A stretch of 10,340 nt of DNA from Elusimicrobiota bacterium (GTDB taxonomy: Bacteria > Elusimicrobiota > Elusimicrobia > UBA1565). Positions 7,675 to 10,340 of this stretch are shown here, in pieces. The DNA is taken from NCBI GenBank assembly GCA_043819795.1, contig JBDREN010000201.1:1-10340 (forward strand), written 5' to 3'. Positions within the stretch are counted from its first letter, which is position 1. Each line of letters begins with the position of its first letter. Below the pieces are notes generated by a model. The model was not told the origin of the DNA and did not search any database. It was given only the letters and a program-made list of their open reading frames with translations. A program made the translations under genes and the position numbers.

Positions 7675-7833
7675 TCACCGAGCCCACCAGATATAGAACA
7701 GCCAAAAGGGAAATAGTACCAGCATAATGGCTTCTTGCCCCTCGGAGCGAGGTAGATCAAGGAGAGTCGGAACATAGACGCCCGCGGCCATGGAAAGAAG
7801 CAGCACTCCGATGAATACTGTCTCTTTGGGCAC
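7675..7833 (-). CDS. small two-transmembrane-helix protein (52 aa)
   Basis: GTG at 7833 to TGA at 7675: MPKETVFIGVLLLSMAAGVYVPTLLDLPRSEGQEAIMLVLFPFWLFYIWWAR. Fills most of the intergenic gap on the shared strand; below the ORF-track size cutoff; weak RBS. Confidence 0.5.
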   Translation of the reverse strand: MPKETVFIGVLLLSMAAGVYVPTLLDLPRSEGQEAIMLVLFPFWLFYIWWAR

Positions 7834-7839
7834 AATAAG

Positions 7840-8523
7840 CTAGGCCTGCATCCACCATTCGGCGGCGCCGCAGTTTCCGATGACAATCGTGGGACCCACG
7901 GGACCACCGTTTTGAAAGAATCCAAACAACTTGCGCACTCGGGAGAGGGCATGCCTTGCGGCCAGAGCGAGGCCGCGGCGGAGTCCAGAGGGCTCGTTCT
8001 TGGCATCAACCGCCGGCCCCTCAGCCCCGTCCAGCGCCAGGCGCTTGATGTCGATCTGCGCCGCTTCTGCTCTTATAGCCGCAGCCATGGATACATACCC
8101 GATGGCGTAAGGGTTGGCTGCAACAGCGGCAATAGTCCGGCGATCGGCCCCTATGGCGACGGCATCCTTCAAGAGTTTTCCATTGCGCAGGAAATACTCC
8201 TCAAGGAGTCCGAAAATGGCGCGCCCCTGCTCCTCATTAATGATCGAAATAAAGCCGCCCCCCCCTTTGAGTTCTTTCCAGGCATCTATTTTCCCCATAT
8301 AGATGTCGACAACTTGCTGTCGACTGATGCTTTCCATGCGGTTGCTCTTGTGTACGATGAAGGCGATGTCGTCAAGAGCGACCGCGCACTGAATGTCCCG
8401 TTTCTTCGCATGGGCTCGGCTCGCCGCCGCCGGCGGCAGACGCATGCCCTCCGCATACGCAGGCGATGCTCGGCTGGTCAGAACTCCGAGAGCCAGAATG
8501 GCATAGATTATCTGTCGCCCCAC
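7840..8523 (-). CDS. PstS-like periplasmic binding protein, N-terminally shortened and degenerate (227 aa)
   Basis: GTG at 8523 with AAGGAG 5 nt upstream; signal peptide ending ..PAYA. PstS-like motifs VALDDIAFIVHKSN, ISRQQVVDIYMGKIDAWKELKG, VAANPYAIGYVS and IKRLALDG. The GSTT/GGGS segment is absent. Confidence 0.75.
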   Translation of the reverse strand: MGRQIIYAILALGVLTSRASPAYAEGMRLPPAAASRAHAKKRDIQCAVALDDIAFIVHKSNRMESISRQQVVDIYMGKIDAWKELKGGGGFISIINEEQGRAIFGLLEEYFLRNGKLLKDAVAIGADRRTIAAVAANPYAIGYVSMAAAIRAEAAQIDIKRLALDGAEGPAVDAKNEPSGLRRGLALAARHALSRVRKLFGFFQNGGPVGPTIVIGNCGAAEWWMQA

Positions 8524-8582
8524 GACATCTCCTTGGCCTAGCTGACAACCAGAGACAAAAGGAGCCTCCTGCCCATGAAACC

Positions 8583-9248
8583 TCATAAATCACACATGGA
8601 ATCTCGGATTGTTTCGTCGCCGCAGGCGCACTCTGGGACCGCCTCGAACCTGTTCGTTTCCGGATTCAGAACAAGGATACCACCACGCAAATCGCAGACC
8701 CAGGCATGGAGCCATAGCCGTCCGGCGGACAGCGCCTTCTGGACGCATTCATGAGTCTTGAGGTTGCCCAGCTGCAGCATCACGTTTTCCTCAACCGCGG
8801 CGTCCCACCGAGCCTGCAGTCTATCGCGAAGGTGCGCCGTCTTGTCCGCAATGGGCAAAACGCCGCTCAACCAGGCGCGGATTTCCCCTTCATGCGCATC
8901 GAGCCCCGCCAGGACTGCGGCGACACCTCCGCAGTTGTAATGTCCGCATACGACCACATGGCTCACCTTGAGATATTTGACGGCAAAAACGACGGCGGCT
9001 CCTGCGCTGCTTGCGTCGCTATCAGCCCGATGGACCTGATTGGCGATATTGACCTCCGTGAAGATGTCGCCCGGCCTGGCGTCAAGCATGATTTCCGGAA
9101 CCACTGTGCCCTCAGGGCAAGCGACAAAGAGCGTATGCGGGTGCTGGCCCTCCCTTGCCAGGCGCTCTAGATACGCCCGATGACGCGTTAGATAATCTCT
9201 GCGGAATCTGTTGTATCCTTCGCACAGTTCCTTGGGAAGGCCTGGCAT
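8583..9248 (-). CDS. beta-class carbonic anhydrase-like protein with an altered active-site loop (221 aa)
   Basis: ATG at 9248 with GGAGG RBS. Motifs LCEGYNRF, GQHPHTLFVAC, PGDIF..NIANQV, AVKYLKVSHVVVCGHYNCGGV, VEENVMLQLGNL and LHAWVCD. Zn ligands C and HxxC are present, but CSDSR reads CPEGT. Confidence 0.88.
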   Translation of the reverse strand: MPGLPKELCEGYNRFRRDYLTRHRAYLERLAREGQHPHTLFVACPEGTVVPEIMLDARPGDIFTEVNIANQVHRADSDASSAGAAVVFAVKYLKVSHVVVCGHYNCGGVAAVLAGLDAHEGEIRAWLSGVLPIADKTAHLRDRLQARWDAAVEENVMLQLGNLKTHECVQKALSAGRLWLHAWVCDLRGGILVLNPETNRFEAVPECACGDETIRDSMCDL

Positions 9249-9330
9249 AGAACCTCCAAGTGACCTCGGGCCGTTTCGTGCGGGACGTGCGCATCCCGTC
9301 CGGCAGCCCTTCCCCACCATCACCAGCTCC

Positions 9331-9768
9331 TCATGATGAGATGGGACGGTTCCGGATTTCCGCAACCTTGTCGATCTTTCCCGCTAGCCCCTTATCAATT
9401 CCCAGTCGCTCGCGGAGTCTCTCCAGGAACGCATGTCCCTCACTATGACCTTTGCCGTACGTGGATGCAATTTCGGCGGCCCATGCGTACGCTCTCTCCC
9501 TCATCGGAAGCGAGAGCGCAATCGCAGAACGCTCCAGGATATGGTCCTGCCCCTCCCGAGTGACCGTTTCCAGCATGGAACCGATGTAGTCATCGACATT
9601 TCCAATACCTGCATGCGTGGCATTAAGGAAGGCCAGCATCCTTAGGTATTCCAGCGCCCGCTTCTGCAAACGGCCGCCAGATACGGCCGCGACAACGGCG
9701 ACCGCCATGACTGCGTCTGCCTCCGCCGAAGCACGTTTTGACTGCAGATTTCCCTGCACCGCTTCCAT
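9331..9768 (-). CDS. TerB-like (tellurite resistance TerB fold) protein, degenerate acidic motifs (145 aa)
   Basis: ATG at 9768 with GGGGAGG RBS. The pattern AVMAVAVVAAVSGG...MRERAYAWAAEIASTYG...FLERLRERLGID...KIDKVAEIRNR matches the two-repeat TerB layout. Confidence 0.7.
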   Translation of the reverse strand: MEAVQGNLQSKRASAEADAVMAVAVVAAVSGGRLQKRALEYLRMLAFLNATHAGIGNVDDYIGSMLETVTREGQDHILERSAIALSLPMRERAYAWAAEIASTYGKGHSEGHAFLERLRERLGIDKGLAGKIDKVAEIRNRPISS

Positions 9769-9814
9769 GGCCTCCCCTTCGGAGCACCTCAAGCAGGAGC
9801 CGAACCCGACGGTT

Positions 9815-9842
9815 AGTATAGCCCGGAAGCAGGATTTGGCAT
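9815..9842 (-). promoter_or_regulatory. candidate sigma70-type promoter for the TerB-like/beta-CA-like cluster
   Basis: Minus strand ATGCCA-16 nt-TATACT, preceded by an AT-rich tract (about 9841-9880), about 45 nt upstream of ATG 9768. Confidence 0.4.
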
Positions 9843-9932
9843 AATAGATAATGTGGTTTATTCAGTTAGACTTTCTCTATGGCCAGGACCAGCGGCGCCG
9901 CTCCTCGGCGGCATAATCACGCAGACCAAGTC

Positions 9933-10340
9933 TCAGCCTCCCCGCTCCAAAAAGCCCTCGGCCGCCCCGATCTCGTCGGCCAAGCCCACCAGCAGGACCT
10001 CGTCGCCCTCGCGCAGATGGACCGCCGGCCCGGGGGACGGCAAAGCCTCCCCGAGGCGGTTGATCTGGATGATGCTGGCCCCGGTCCGGTCGTGGAGGTC
10101 CAGATCACGGATGGCTTTGCCGGCCGCCGCGGCGTGCTTTCCGATCCGGAATGAGGCGATTTTGACCCGGGCTGAGGGGGGATGATCCACAAGGTGCGAA
10201 AGCACCGTCGCGCCCGCTTCGGGCCGCGCGTGCCCCTTCTCCAACGTCTCGCGCAGCCTCAGCTGAAGCTTGGCGTAAAGCCGGTTCATCCCCCGCCAAA
10301 GGAACATCCCGGCCCCGAGCATCAGCATAAGCGGGAACAG
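9933..10340 (-). CDS. 3' end of a membrane protein with a C-terminal TrkA-C (RCK_C) domain, probably a CPA2/Kef-type cation:proton antiporter (partial)
   Basis: Frame is open to the window edge (LFPLMLMLGAGMFLW, the last TM), then AAGKAIRDLDLHDRTGASIIQINRLGEALPSPGPAVHLREGDEVLLVG, a TrkA-C pattern. Confidence 0.78.
   Translation of the reverse strand: MFPLMLMLGAGMFLWRGMNRLYAKLQLRLRETLEKGHARPEAGATVLSHLVDHPPSARVKIASFRIGKHAAAAGKAIRDLDLHDRTGASIIQINRLGEALPSPGPAVHLREGDEVLLVGLADEIGAAEGFLERGG

Noticed and set aside
9249..9365. 39-aa N-terminal extension of the beta-CA-like ORF
   Set aside because: It overlaps the TerB-like gene end, and a GGAGG SD sits directly before ATG 9248, where family similarity begins.
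9890..9912. GC hairpin downstream of the antiporter gene as an intrinsic terminator
   Set aside because: Only a 5-bp stem, with no U-tract on the minus strand
1..10340. tRNA, rRNA, CRISPR array, transposase or integrase
   Set aside because: No such signatures were seen by eye on either strand.

Overview
GC-rich bacterial DNA in which every credible gene lies on the minus strand. In transcription order (right to left): 3' end of a probable CPA2/Kef-type cation:proton antiporter with a TrkA-C domain; a TerB-like protein; a beta-carbonic-anhydrase-like protein; an orphan, N-terminally shortened PstS-like binding protein; a 52-aa two-helix membrane ORF missing from the ORF track; a tandem universal-stress-protein-like gene; a 1014-aa exported YVTN beta-propeller fused to three c-type heme sites; secD and secF without yajC; a membrane-anchored hypothetical protein; a 111-bp MITE-like element; and the 5' end of a GNAT-like gene. 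Most notable: (i) the propeller/di-heme-peroxidase-like protein with an extra CX4CH heme domain inserted into the propeller, next to a yajC-less secDF pair; (ii) three consecutive intact ORFs (TerB-like, beta-CA-like, PstS-like) that each lack their family's key functional residues; (iii) the MITE with a CTAA target-site duplication. All family calls come from motif recognition by eye; no database searches were run, so novelty is unverified.
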